64,000 nucleotides of DNA. Source: Mizuhopecten yessoensis (taxonomy: Eukaryota). The stretch spans positions 1,083,734-1,147,733 of the forward strand of contig NW_018408136.1 in the NCBI RefSeq assembly GCF_002113885.1. Reading direction: 5' to 3'. The notes under the pieces are model-generated. The model did no database searches, was not told the origin of the DNA, and saw only the letters and a program-made list of their open reading frames with translations. A program made the position numbers and the translations under genes. Shown one piece after another: positions 49,250-62,850 of the stretch (positions are counted from its first letter, which is position 1; every line of letters starts with the position of its first letter).

Positions 49250-51156
49250 GTTACATTTTTGTGTTATTTATTATTCATCTGAATGTATTCCTTTATATTT
49301 TTGTTATTGAAATGATTGTGTTGTCATTGCAAATGAAATTTCTGTAACAGCAAAACGTTAGGAAAATGTTTGCTTCTACCAGTTGTCTCATGTTATAAGA
49401 GGCGGGAGGGGAGCTTCAGAATGACCTGCTTATATATGATTATAATTATTATTATGATAATGCTTATAGAGGAAATGTAGTACAGTAGTCCTATATACAC
49501 AGATGTAGAATAACTATATAGAGCTAACATTATCTTGGCCAGATAATTATTAAGTTGACAATGTCAAAATATCTCCATATTCATTGACGCAACGAAAACA
49601 ACGTATTGCATGTTTATTATAAAATGTTTATTAAAAAATATCTAAAACGCTTTCTGTTTCGTAATAGACTTGTCAATTTGTTCCAACTGTTTGACATAAA
49701 TGAGTCTTTTTGTGCCATGCACTTTTTAACGTATCACATTGTGAAACTCGACCATAACACTACAGATATATTAAACATACCGACGAAGTTTAAGTGTAGA
49801 GTCTTCTTAATAACACGAACATATAGGTATTGTAGAAAGTCAGACAAATTGTGAATATGTCCAAAACACTTTGTTAATGCACGGAGCTGCCAATACAATA
49901 TGACTGCTTAGAGGAACTTCTGTATGTAAAATACCGGAAGTACACTACTGGGCGACGTCGTAGCTGCGTGGTCGGGACGGATATACCCAGAGAACGTTTA
50001 GCTCTGTTATCGGACGTACCGAAGTAACAAGTCCCAAATGTTTTGTTAGAGTGGGGCGGGGAGGCTCCAGGCGGAACATTGTGATTGACTTACCACCGAA
50101 TGCTTTGCTGAGCAGCTTGTCCTATTTATCCTGGTTTTAAACAATTTTGAAATATTACAAGGCCCGGTTAATGCTTTCAGGTACTTACATGACACCACTC
50201 CTTAAAGAAAACGTACCTGGGACATAATACCACATCTAAAAGAAATGTATTTCATGTTGTTAACAGGTGACAGACGTAATCTGGAGACAAATTGATGTCG
50301 ATTTCCTCCACGGGGATGTACAGATTTGTAAGAGAGATCACCGGTAACGGTGACAGGAAGGTGGCAGCCTGCAGGCGGGTGTTGTCTGTAGCGGACGCTG
50401 ACCGTTAGGGTCACATTTCGGCGTACGCGATGTTTATACCTGGTCGTGTGTCGCTTGGGCGTTGATATAAACAAAGTCAGGTCTTTCGGTACGAACAGGG
50501 CATACAACTCACTTTGACCTCACTTTAATTCAAGTACGTAACAAGTCATGTTCGTTACACTACTGAAACTTTAAATTCAATAGACATTCAAAACAGATTT
50601 ATAGGCTGTGTCAAAATACAATGAACATGCATTGACCTTTCAACTTTAACTGGTACTTAGCGTCAGTCATACTAATACTATACAATTTTGTATTTTCATT
50701 TATCCACGTTTTACTTTATAATCCATATTCTGGTGTTGCCTTTTTTTCGCATAAGGTATGCTAGTTTAACTTAACATTTTGTTCGTTCCAAAAAGAAACT
50801 ATTTTAAGTTAACAAATATTTCGAGCAGATGGCATTGCACTTGTTGAGCATATGTTGAACCAGTTAAGGTCTCTATTTACTACAAAACGGTAGACTGGTG
50901 AGGTTTATGTATCTGAGGGTGAGTTGTATATCATCAGTACAGGAGGCAGTAGACATATGGAATAACACCGCCTGTTGATCCCAATACTTGCCATGATTTC
51001 TCGTTCGCTTCACAGCGGCATGTTTACTGTGCTTACCAACCGATATATAGCAAAACGTACAGGGCTGCAATTTTTGCAAAGCTTTTAAAAGCCTATCTTT
51101 TTGGTCTATTTTATTCTAAGGAGAAAAAAGTTAGCTTGTTGAGGTATTAGACGCAC

Positions 51157-51444
51157 CTGATGGATGTAATTAGCGGTGCTCGAGATAGACAGATGTCAGC
51201 ACGAGGTGGACCGGTACGATCACATAAATATCCCACGTATTCTCCAGCCGGGACGATGACGAGCGCAGGCGTGCTGGACCATTTGGACTGCGACAACAAG
51301 TCCAGCTGTCCGCTCGGGGTCATCCCGTCCGCTCCCTTCGCCTCCGTCAATTCGGCCACATTACAGACATGGGTCACTGACGTCCTGTACCCCAGCACGT
51401 GCTCGGGCCGACCGGTGCTTTACCTGCGGGTTTACAATTACACG
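51157..51444. CDS. GC-rich exon-like segment, strand unresolved
   Basis: Strong G/C bias at a third codon position shared by ORFs on both strands. + model: TTCTCCAG|51248-51444|GTCAGT. - model: 51423-51157|GTGCGT, with an in-frame TAA after the first AG. No family recognised. Confidence 0.4.
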
Positions 51445-52204
51445 GTCAGTTGATCATGACAATTAATCTGTGGCGATAAAATACATTAAGTGGTCAACCC
51501 CTAGTTGAATGACGACATGCAGTATGCGTGCCTGAAAGGGCAATGCACGCCGAGGCACATGTTGACGCGTGCTTCACACAGATTCAAAAGCTACATCAAT
51601 GATACGACAAACTGTACCATTTTATATGGATTTCGGATAACAGGGTTCGTTACATTTTGATGACAAAAGTTCAAATAGTTTAGCATAGCATCGGTACATA
51701 CTGTACTATCTCATTTAACATGCAAACATTACCGTATCCAAACCAAAATGAACCAACATTAATTTGCGTAGGGTATTAGTACAAATATAACATAAAGTTC
51801 AAACTATGAAGATATATTCCCACAAAGATATGGCTAAAAATAATAACAAAGGAAAAAAGATGATGTCAGAACCGTGGCATCGAACATAGAACAGTAAACA
51901 AACCCATTAAGCAAATAAATAGCAGTGCGCTTTATTAATACACTATACGAGGAAAACACAGGCAAGCACACATCAATGATAATTTGGTACAAAACGCCCT
52001 TAATACGGGGACCCACGGAAACACCAGCACCAATAATCGAACCACAGAAAAACAACAAATATATATTTATAGTTTACTCGAACGACTGACTTTGTACATT
52101 CCGGATACATCCGATTGTTTTGTTTGGGAATACGCTCTAGGTCTACCATGGACTTATTGTTACATCAGTACGTACCCCGGACAAATACGGTAACTGCCAC
52201 TTAC

Positions 52205-52307
52205 ACGACGTAATAGTGGACATCACCGTAGAACGCTCCACGTAACAGGACGCTGATGGAGCCTCGATACACCTCATCAAACAATATCAGTTCCATAATC
52301 AAATTAC
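52205..52307 (-). CDS. Candidate internal exon (GNLIMELILFDEVYRGSISVLLRGAFYGDVHYYV)
   Basis: Acceptor CCTATATTTAG, an open frame, and a consensus donor GT|GTAAGT. Phase 1 to phase 2. Confidence 0.3.
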
Positions 52308-54589
52308 CTAAATATAGGTTTCCAACCAATACGAAACAAAAAGTGTCCTTTGATGTTTGACAGAGTATGAGTTTGCTAGACATACATGAGTCGTGATTAC
52401 AGAGAGTTATTTGAAATTTCCTTACTACGTACGTATATCAACAGGACATTAATACGCCAAAACAAATTAAATCGGTTTATATCCGTTTGGACATGTCGTT
52501 TATGGAAAAAGAAATGCGGAAGAAACCATTAAGCGTCGGGGAAAACAGAAGTTATTGACCTCGCATGTATCTACTTATAAGTTTAATACATTAATGAAGC
52601 AGGTAGTCGTCGGGTACACGGTGAGAGCTAGCACAGGGCTGTCAGATAGAGTTAATGAGTACACACGTCGCACTGTCTACAGCGCACTCTCCTGTCCTCC
52701 GAAATTTCTATAGACTCGGAGAAAAGGCCAACTGAATTGTACCCAGTTGAACTAATTTAGTTTTAAGTCCGTATTGCATTTCTAAAATGTGTAACCTGTT
52801 GATGAATTATGTCTAAAATCTGAAGAAATGAACTGATTGAAAGCCGTGCTGACAGACGCGGGCTGTAAATTTATGGGTTGAGAGGCGATAAGAACGGGTC
52901 TAGGAAATCGTTTGACCGTACCATAATGTAATGTATAGGCAGGTACATGAAACAGGTGAACAAGAAAAGATTTCTTATTGTGTGAAAATAAAGTTGGCAG
53001 TTTAAGTTTGGTGGTGTCAACCCTCAATTACACGCCCGACAGCGCGGCATTGGGTTTGATGTGGTGCTGAAAGGTAGTATCGCCTCATCGACAGGCCCAC
53101 AAGGGTCCAGGTCAGCAGGGACCCGGTCGGGCCACGCCAGGCCGACCTCGGCTTGTGATCCTAAGATACCCTGGCCGATACCAGATCCTGGCAGCACCGG
53201 TTACTACTCAGCAGTCAGGCCAGTGTTGGTGGTCCGACTAATACAATGCTACTTATGAATATAAGGTTTAATAGTAACTTAAGATGTTCTTCTTCACTAA
53301 TAAGGCTATCGGGATAGACACGGCTATGTAATGGTCTGTAATATCCCGTGTCTCGGGACCATTGCCACGTCAAAGTTTCGTATTTCCCGCATATGTGTAT
53401 CGTACGAAGGGCAGAATGAACATTCCGCAGAGAAATTTCATATCTCTGGTAAATTAATTTAGTGTAATAGATAACTTTCTAGCCATTGTGGTGCTGGTCA
53501 TTTTTACTTGAAATACAACACATACTGAATAGGATACATTGATGAACTGTATAGTCTCACAGTACGCGGGATGGCATTACGTTTGATGTAGGCCGGTCAT
53601 TACATACATTATATAGAAACATCTCGCCGAAATGATGTTGTTTCAAACTTTAATATACAATATGTCTGTCGCACGTGTCACTCACGAGACCACACAAACG
53701 AGACGGCACCTCACAGGCCTAGAAACCCCCGCACGAATTTACGACACGACGCCGTACATTGATAAATGAAAAGTATCAATATTTAATTACAAGGTTCCGA
53801 AACACTGCAATGCTTTATTAAACCATTTACTTGATTCTGGAGTTTAGTGCGTTAAGCTTGGGTCTCATTGTCAGCGGAAGCCTGAGTCGAGGTTTCAAGT
53901 AACGCCATTAAAGCTTTGTGAAGTTTGAAACCATTTCATTAGGCATATGTCGTGTTGAGTTTGTGTTCTCGGGCTGTATAATAGTTAATAGCGATACTGA
54001 ACACAATCTGACATGCTCTAGCGTCAATCTGGCCTGACTGATTAAACCGCTAAAAAGTGATGCTGCCTGCTTGTGTTTTTGTCCGTAATTAGACGAAACA
54101 GCTTTCAGCAAAACAAGCGTCTGTAGTATTGGACAGCTTTACGACTGCTGTTAACGAGGACATTCTGTCCTACGTGTGCTGCCGAGGGCATACGTCATGC
54201 TTTTACAGGTCAAGGGTCAAACACGATGTATTATTGTTAATCCAGACGTCTAGAATCCGGAATTTGTATTAACCGCGACATTAACTAAACATCGTTGACC
54301 GCCGTCACCTAAACAGCATTGACTGCGCCATCAGCAAAGTACGTAACATACAGTTAACTATTAAACGTATCGCGTCAAAGTTGCAGGTAGGGGACCAATA
54401 CAAGAATATACCTGATCGTACATATTGCATGATTTGTAAGGAGCATCAAATGTGAAAAGCCTATGCAGAACGGGTAATTTTCTTCTTCGCAATAACAATA
54501 ACATACCAACCTGCCCTCTCAAAGACATCAACATCTGGAATGCGGATATTTTCTCTACGTCCTTACTAACTTCTGTTTCCTAACGTATA

Positions 54590-54797
54590 TTTAGCTCAGT
54601 CCCCTGACCGAAACAAACCATAGTCCTTTAAATTGTCGTCTGGCATTGAATGTGCGTATGTCATGACTGGTCAGCCCATGTTCAGTAATTGTGTGGTGCT
54701 CATGTGTCCAGGGGATACGGTACCTTAAAGTGGACACTAGCGTCAGATGGCCTTAGCTGTTGCGAGGACTTGAAGCATCCGAACAAACCAAACAAAT
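54590..54797 (+). mobile_element. Decayed Meta-type SINE
   Basis: GACTGGTCAGCCCATGTTCAGTAATTGTG core-like block, and a 3' end GATGGCCTTAGCTGTTGCGAGGAC..(AAAC)n-like tail. Confidence 0.55.
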
Positions 54798-57056
54798 GAG
54801 TCTAAGATTTTTAACTATTACGAATATATCTATTAGCGTTAACACTTACGTCGCGACCAAAGTGATTAAATGGCTTATTAGATTCCAAAGACGGGTAACA
54901 TGCATCAGAAAAGGCAAGGGATCGTGATGTTGAGAAAATAAACGACAAGGGGTTTGGCCCTGAAAACATTAACGAAAAGCAGAACTCAGATAATACAATT
55001 ACGAGGACGGACATCGGAAAAAGGAACAGAACAATTAACATAAAAAACATGAACAAAAGCACATGGTTGTGGGACTCAAAGCATGGAAACGGGCTGGGGC
55101 TCTAGCACTTCGAACGAGAACAGGGTTCTGTGAATAAGAGTTTGAGATGACATGTTGCCCATACTAGAAAACAATCAATCATAGCTTGGCTTTTCGAACT
55201 TAAAACAAGAACACGCGAGAAGACTGTTGGGACCATTTATATGAAGAACATCAATGTGCGTAGATCTTCCAAAACCTGTAAACAGTTTAGCAATAACATA
55301 TATATGATAAAACTATGATATTTCCTATACAATAGCACCTTCTATCCTCGTATTTATAGCGATAAACAGAGGGTTTCGGTCATGTGAGTGCAATTCGTAG
55401 AAATTGCGTTTGGTTTCCGGTTCAATATCGGTTTGTATGTAAACATGGATGGCTCTACTGTTTACGTTTAACTCACGTCCAAGCTACATCACAGGGTCGG
55501 CGTGGAAGGAGCGGGGGATCCCAACATGATGAAAGGGCCCAAACTAATACAATCCAGGTCACTAAGGTACACCATTTATCTGTTATAAGCGAACCCAACT
55601 CCAGTTCAGAAATATTAAGCTACAATCATCATAATCATGTCTATAAATACAATGCACGCACGACTTGGGTGGTACCGCATGTGCTTTATGTACTATTTGG
55701 GAACTTTTCCTCGTTCTCGATGTCAAAAACAGATTCCAATACAATCCGATTCAAAACAACAAGCCCTTCTGATAGCTTGCAGAAAGAGGATAACACCAGT
55801 GTTATTCGGTTATTTGTAATGCTGCCAAGATACCTGCACTAATATGTTATTCAATGGCCGAGTAAAACTATATTATTCTCCTCTATACAATCGATTACGC
55901 TTATGTTAAAAGTTACATCGTGAACCCCTGTTAAAGACAGCGTGTAAATAACGTCATTTGTCCCCTACCCGGATTCCGCGACCACTAAGTAACAGGGAAG
56001 AGGATTTATAATTTCTCCGTCAGTGGGTTCGATCTCTTTCCAGGCCAATATGCGTAGTTTCTTGTACCTTGTGACACTTCATTGCTTATATACATTGGGG
56101 TTGATCGGCGTGTATGGCGCTATGTATCAGCTTTTATAATATATGGTACATGCCATGCAATAAAAACAAGTATGTATTTCGGTGTACATTTAACCTATTC
56201 AAAAAAATAGTAATAATTTTTGAAATGCAAATACTAAGTGGATGACGAAAAAACAGTAGTTATTTATAGTGTATCATTTGTTTGTTACATCGCTGGGAGT
56301 TATTCCTGGCGAAATAACAATAATTATCGTTGAAAGGAAGTGACGAAATAACAAAGATATGCAATGGCACTTACAAGTCACAACAGAAATATGATATTCG
56401 ATGGCGTTTGTATTTGTTATTGCTGTAAGGAATTCTGATACGACATATCAATCTGGAGTGGACAGCATTGCTATTTGATGGCTAATGATATAACATTAGC
56501 ACATTTTCTGCTCTCCAACCATAACTTATATTAAATGATCGAGAAATCAGCAACATATTTCAACTCATCAACTTCATTGGTCCGTATATGAACAATGCAT
56601 GCACTTCGCTGCTTGCTAGCAAAACTTAATGCTTGATAAGGGCCAACTGTCCTCAGTTTTCAGTTTACTCACTGTCAAATTTCTGATTCTGCAGAACCTT
56701 TTTGACCTACAAAAAAGGCAATTACTTGAGCATTGTAAGAAGCTAATTGATTAAAACATTTTGACGGTTAAATATAGATAATGCTTTGAACATTACAGAT
56801 CGTCCTCTCTGACACCCTAAAGTTTTCCTTTATCTTAATAAAATGAAAAAAATGGTATTTTAGATTTGCTTTGGTGGCATAAGGTCAACCCGATAAGAAG
56901 TCAAATATAAATTCTATAAGAGCTGACACATCTGAAGGTAAGTACAACTGTTATCGGATGAAAAGGTAAGGACATCTAAATACGTGCATGTCGTCTAGTA
57001 CAAAGGGATCAAATTGTAGATCGAGAATAGGAGGTGAAATATACCCCAACGTTGGA

Positions 57057-57351
57057 GAACGAGGACAGTTGGGCGAATGGGCCACCACATGATGAGGATA
57101 TCCAATCGAAAACTGAGGACAGTTGGGCGAATGGGCCACCACATGATGAGAATATCCAATCGAAAACTGCGGACAGTTGGGCGAATGGGCCACCACATGA
57201 TGAGAATATCCAATCGAAAACGGAGGACAGTTGGGCGAATGGGCCACCACATGATGAGGAAATGTAATCGAAAACTGAGGACAGTTGGTCGAATGGGCCA
57301 CCACATGATGAGGAAATGCAATCGAAAACTGAGGACAGTTGGTCGAATGGA
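57057..57351. repeat. 54-bp tandem repeat, ~5.5 copies, AACTGAGGACAGTTGGGCGAATGGGCCACCACATGATGAGAATATCCAATCGAA
   Basis: Directly visible. It explains the 18-aa periodic ORFs in five frames. Confidence 0.97.
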
Positions 57352-58744
57352 CCTCGACACTGTGTGCAGCATGAAGAGGTCCTACTGGACAACGAGGAAA
57401 AAAGGTCGAACGGTTCTCGACACTCCCCAACTACAAGCCTGCATTATGGTACATATGAATGAGGACATTAAGAATGATAATCTTATAAAAGATGTCTGCA
57501 AAGATGTAAATGTACTTCTAAGAAAGCTCAATCGTTTTCCTGTACAAAATAAACCACAAAAACATACAAGAAACATCGTCATATTTACAATAGGTAGTGA
57601 CGTTACGTCGTGATTGGTCTATCGAATATTACTACAATGTATCTAGACAATAGGGCATTAGGCAACAACAACTAAAATATATTAACATCAGTTTCCTTCG
57701 GAGTGAAAATATTTCATTTTGGATTTATTGGAGATTTGTTTGAGATTTTTTCTAGACAAAATAAAGGAAATAAACCTCACTACGATATTTAATATTTGTT
57801 GGTTCAATTCATTAACAAAATGGTGGAAAACTTAAATGGAATTAACAAAGCAGCCTCTACACCTGATCAATTTGTTAATGCAGGGTGGATCGTTAGTACT
57901 ATAAGTCAAACGGTGAAAATCCATTTTAATGTTTTAAATTATATAGAAATGCGGAAAGGGGGAAAAAGGACTATATATTCCTATATGATTTAGAAATGTG
58001 AAACGTCTGTCGACAATTTATAATTCATTCTTTTACCAAGCACTTCGGGTTAACCTACCACAACATATAACCCACTTACAATATAAGAATAATAACATTA
58101 AAATCCATATAACTTATACCCGATCTTGTTTAGTAATTAGTGTACTTGTCCTACTGAATTCTACCTATCAGTATTTACACGTTTGTTATCCGTTGTTTTG
58201 CTATTTGATATAAACACTATTTTGCTACAAAATGATTACACGTTACATCATATTACAACACATATTGTGATTATAATGGTTGATGGTTTTAATCAAGTAC
58301 ATGTATGTTCATATGTGTGCATTGTGGAGCTGATCTAAAGTACTTTTGGAACAGAAAGGAGGGTGCATAAAATCGTTTATTATATGAATAAAATTACGGG
58401 ATGTTTATAAGCTTATCAATGGTGCCCCTGCAGAATCAAGGGGTTTTCTACAGAGGAGACATGACGGATATCAATATTGATCTGCTGTCCCCATTGTACA
58501 GTTGGGATCTTTTTCGTTTCTTATCCTTCCTGTCTTCTTACTTTTCTGTCTTCTTTCTGTTTCAGGTGGCTGCGATGATGTCGTTAACCCCCAAACAAAC
58601 TATTTAGATGACAGCAAATACCAGGGACTAAGAAAGACTCCAGTAGTGTCTATTACCTAGGACCTTCCCCAAGGAAGATGCATGTCCGACTCACACACGT
58701 CATTACATTGTGACCATTTGGTAATAGATACAGCCTGCCAACAC

Positions 58745-59018
58745 ACTGTACAAGTAGTACCACTGTTAGTCCTGACTGTACAAGTAGTACCACTGTTAGT
58801 CCTGACTGTACAAGTAGTACCACTGTTAGTCCTGACTGTACAAGTAGTACCACTGTTAGTCCTGACTGTACAAGTAGTACCACTGTTAGTCCTGACTGTA
58901 CAAGTAGTACCACTGTTAGTCCTGACTGTACAAGTAGTACCACTGTTAGTCCTGACTGTACAAGTAGTACCACTGTTAGTCCTGACTGTACAAGTAGTAC
59001 CACTGTTAGTCCTGACTG
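58745..59018. repeat. Perfect 30-bp VNTR, 9 identical copies, ACTGTACAAGTAGTACCACTGTTAGTCCTG
   Basis: Units start at 58745 and recur every 30 bp to 58985 with no mismatches. Confidence 0.99.
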
Positions 59019-62000
59019 GACGGAATGGCCAAATGGTCAGTACAAAATCATTACTTTGATTTCATCATTAAGTAAAAAAAAAAAAACATGTTTCAAATAT
59101 TTGCTTACTTGCATCATGTTTCTAGTGGTGTTTTAACGAATTGATTATAAATAAAGTGTTGCATCTTCATCATAGGGGGGAAAATGCTTAATTCCAAGTG
59201 AATATCTAATGCTTTAAAGCTACATTTACTTGGTACTAGCTGTTGACTTTAAAATGGAGCACAGAGTATATCGCGATACCCAAGGAATGACAACGTAGCA
59301 GTGTGTTGTATTATCGTACTGTAATGCTGCTATCTACCACTGATTGTCAGAAGTCTTGTGCTACTATCATTTTATTGGTCTTCGGCTCATTAAGAATGAG
59401 TATCCGCGACTGGTTGTCAGATTAGTTGTGCTGTTACTTGGACAGCCTCCACTATTGTCGGAAGTATTGTGTTATTTTTCTCCATAATATTAGGTCCGAT
59501 TAAAACGGACATCCAATGCTTGTTGTTGGACACATAGCGTTATCATTACTTTACTCAGGCCGAAATATTAATTGGTTACACATGTACTGATCTTGACAAG
59601 CGGCTATTACAAAACACGTGCTGGGCACGTTCGGCAGACTAGGTTTATACTTTCTTTATCGACGAACTCTGGCTACAAACATAAACCTTTTTCTCTATTT
59701 AGACAGAAATAAACCATGAATGTAATGCTAATTATACTATAAAGAAATGTTACGTGAACCAATAAGGTGAAATAATGCTATGTACCTCTTTTTGGCAATA
59801 AACTAGAGACTTAATGATTTGTTATGTCGTTATCAATTAAATAAATAGGTAAATAAAATTAACAAACAATATAATCATACTATAGTAAAGGGGCACGAAG
59901 TCGAACTCGCAGTCTGCAGGACACCAAAACAAAAACAGACAAAATGGAAAACCTCAGAAAATTGGCGACGAAATAAAAAATTTCTGAAGTAATAAATGTT
60001 TCGTAAACACATGTGACACCCACCACATTTGTTTTATGTCTAATTGTCTCGGAGCTGGTTTATTTTTACGATTATGCTTACTATATTCCTGGTATCTAGT
60101 TATACCGTTTATGAAAGACAGAGCTAGATGTCAGTTTAATCGGAAATAGAGCCGCACTGTAAAGAAACATAACTGTATAAGATGTGTTTGTTCAGTAAAC
60201 AAATGCTAATTTATCCAGGATATATCTATTTCAATATCGCATTTACAGTTTTGCACTGAAGATGATAAAAAGCGGTTTAATATTAATATAATGATTAATA
60301 GTTGGATAAAGCGTATACAATATCTAGGTCTAAATTCCACATAAATTTAGTACGGTTTATCTAAATAAAGAAAATAAAAGTAAGAGCATTCTTTTTTGCT
60401 GCAGGACTTTCATGAGTCTGATATATATCAAGTTCAAACATATGGCGCCTTTCTCCCCAAAATGGGTATCACGTGAGCACGTTTAATACGTTATTGATGT
60501 ACGTGTTGTAATACTGTTACCAGGTCTATCTAAGCATGGAGGAGGAAATAGCATTCTTAAAATCTCATCACTGAAGTTAAAACAAGACTTAAAAGCTATA
60601 AACTACAGATTGATTGATATCACATATATATAAAAATACTTTAAATTTCCAGTTTAGAAAATTAATTAGTAATTTGCTAGATTAAAACGTAATAAAAACC
60701 AGCAGGGATATCTACACAAGCTCGTTACCTTGATTCGCCTAGATAAGTAGTAGGATTGTGATAGCATGACCTAGTTATATCAATAGTGCAATCATGAACA
60801 TTAGAGCCTGCCATGTGATCTTCTCATTAATGTGCTCTTTGTCAGTAATATGTGATGTGTTCTAAATTGCCAAAGTGGTATTAATATGTTTTGCATACTA
60901 AGCATTTAATAATGATATTGTACCTTTACACTTTCTTTAACGACTTTTAATGAACACATAGAATTAAATATAATTAACAATGTCAACTTTAATGAAATAT
61001 AATTTTACTACAGAACTTCAGTCATAACTCTGTTTATTTTGTATACCCATAAGTGAAACAAAGTCGCTAGCAATATGCAGAAATGATCACCTGTTTGAAG
61101 AGTTTGTATGTATATGCAGAGGTCAACGAAACAAACATATCACTGCACCATATGGTCTTTTGTTCTTTTAGGACTCGCCACTGGTACAGCAAGTGTAAAA
61201 CATGAAAATCCATGTATGACATTTTGTATGTAGAATACAGTAGAGATGAGTCAGGTGTCTATTAACCCTTTTAATATAACAGATTAACAATAATTGTCTG
61301 CAGCAGATTATTTATACTAAAAGTATTTCATGTTAACGCTGCCAGAATAAACTAAAACTATTCTGCTACACCCATCCCCGGGGACTTGTAGTCCACAAGC
61401 AGAGTCAACCAATTGTTTACGTACAAAACAATTAGTACAAATACGAAAACGATGTAGCAAACTTATAACTGGCTGTCTCGTCCTCTGTAGAACAACGATA
61501 TCGACCACTCAACAATGTCACCAGACATTGTGGAAGAAATAAGGTTCACGCTCGTGATTTTTGTTAATCGTGTTTATCTAGCTTTTGATGACTTATTTTC
61601 TGTGCTTACTTTTAATGTGTTTATGTAGAGATAGAGACGTGCGCATAATGTACAACGGAAATGTAAATATATATAAATAGCAGCGCAATGCGTTAACATG
61701 TAAACGTCCTTGCCGAACACTGTACAGCTTTATGTATACCTATAAATAACCGGTATTCCTTTACTTCATTTAAAAGTCACCCAGCTTGATTAAGTCAAAA
61801 ATACACCTTTAGAGATACACGCCGAATGGAATAGTGGTCCATAAAATGAAAAGCAAAATCAAACAATGATTTATTGAGAAGAGATAACTTTACAACATGC
61901 ACAATGTCACACACATTTCAATGAAGGAATGTTATGAAGGAAGAACGACAGCGATGGAATTGACAAGTCATTTTTACTAAAAAGAAAGAACATAGAAATA

Positions 62001-62266
62001 TAGTTTTCTGTTGTGCGATTTATTTTCATTTTGTATATTATATTTATATAAGTATTAAAGTTTTACCTAAAGTTAAGTTAAAAGAAAATATATAGGGCTA
62101 TATGTAAGCATGCCATATAGCAAAATTTATTTGCAATGTGCACTGCATTCAACAATGTATCAGAAAAATATACACAACGTTTAATGTTTAAATTAAAATC
62201 ACAACATGTTTTTGCCTTGCGGAGATCGTTTTATTTAAAAGTGAAATCTTATAACTAAATTCAGGA

Positions 62267-62285
62267 GGGGGGGGGGGGGGGGGGG
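62267..62285. repeat. Poly-G tract (19 G)
   Basis: Directly visible. Confidence 0.95.
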
Positions 62286-62449
62286 TTGATGTGTTACCAA
62301 CAACATGATTACACTATCTTAAACAACCTTAATGTAGAAGTAGAATGATTCAGTAATACGCGGCAACAAAAATGTGAAATATTCTATAACAACATCTTTG
62401 CCATTAGGTTTTTTAATACAAACTGACAAGACTTTGCCATGGGATTCGA

Positions 62450-62850
62450 GGCCATTATAAGTATATGACGACTGTAGTTTGACTCAGATTTAAGAATCTT
62501 TGGTAGGAAAAGACATTGAATAAGTAGTTTTTGGTCATCAGGATACATATATCTTATATAAATACATAATTCGTACCCAATATCAATAAAACTAGGGTAA
62601 AAAGTGAACAAAAGAATGACTTTCATTTCCACGGAGATCCTTGAACAAGAACATAGGTACGTGTTTGAATTTGAGGTGACCATCTTTATCATTATGTAGG
62701 TTAATTTTTTAATTGGTTTGTGAGGAGACAATTTTTGTTTTCTGTAGGTATTATCAAAATATCAAGCTGAAGAAGAGATGTCTGTAGTATATTTAATTTC
62801 AAAATCTGGAGTATTGGAGTATATATGAGATGTAAGTACATCATTTTCCA
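62450..62850 (-). mobile_element. Decayed Penelope-like retroelement RT C-terminal region
   Basis: IYSNTPDFEIKYTTDISSSA*YFD (~IYPxELEIKDTTDS.SSASYLD), LHNDKDGHLKFK (~L.ID..GRL.TK), and QKLLIQCLFLPKILKSES-NYSRH (~KLLxQGF..KLKSS..FYGRH). Stops and frameshifts present. Confidence 0.55.

Noticed and set aside
55384-55842. 152-aa ORF
   Set aside because: GTG start, no recognisable domain, and no codon bias or splice support.
56951-59059. Periodic ORFs over the 54-bp and 30-bp repeats
   Set aside because: The frames are open only because the unit lengths are multiples of 3, and they occur on both strands.
59330-59545. Loose repeats of CACT..TTGTC.GAA..TTGTG
   Set aside because: Too degenerate and irregularly spaced to define a unit.
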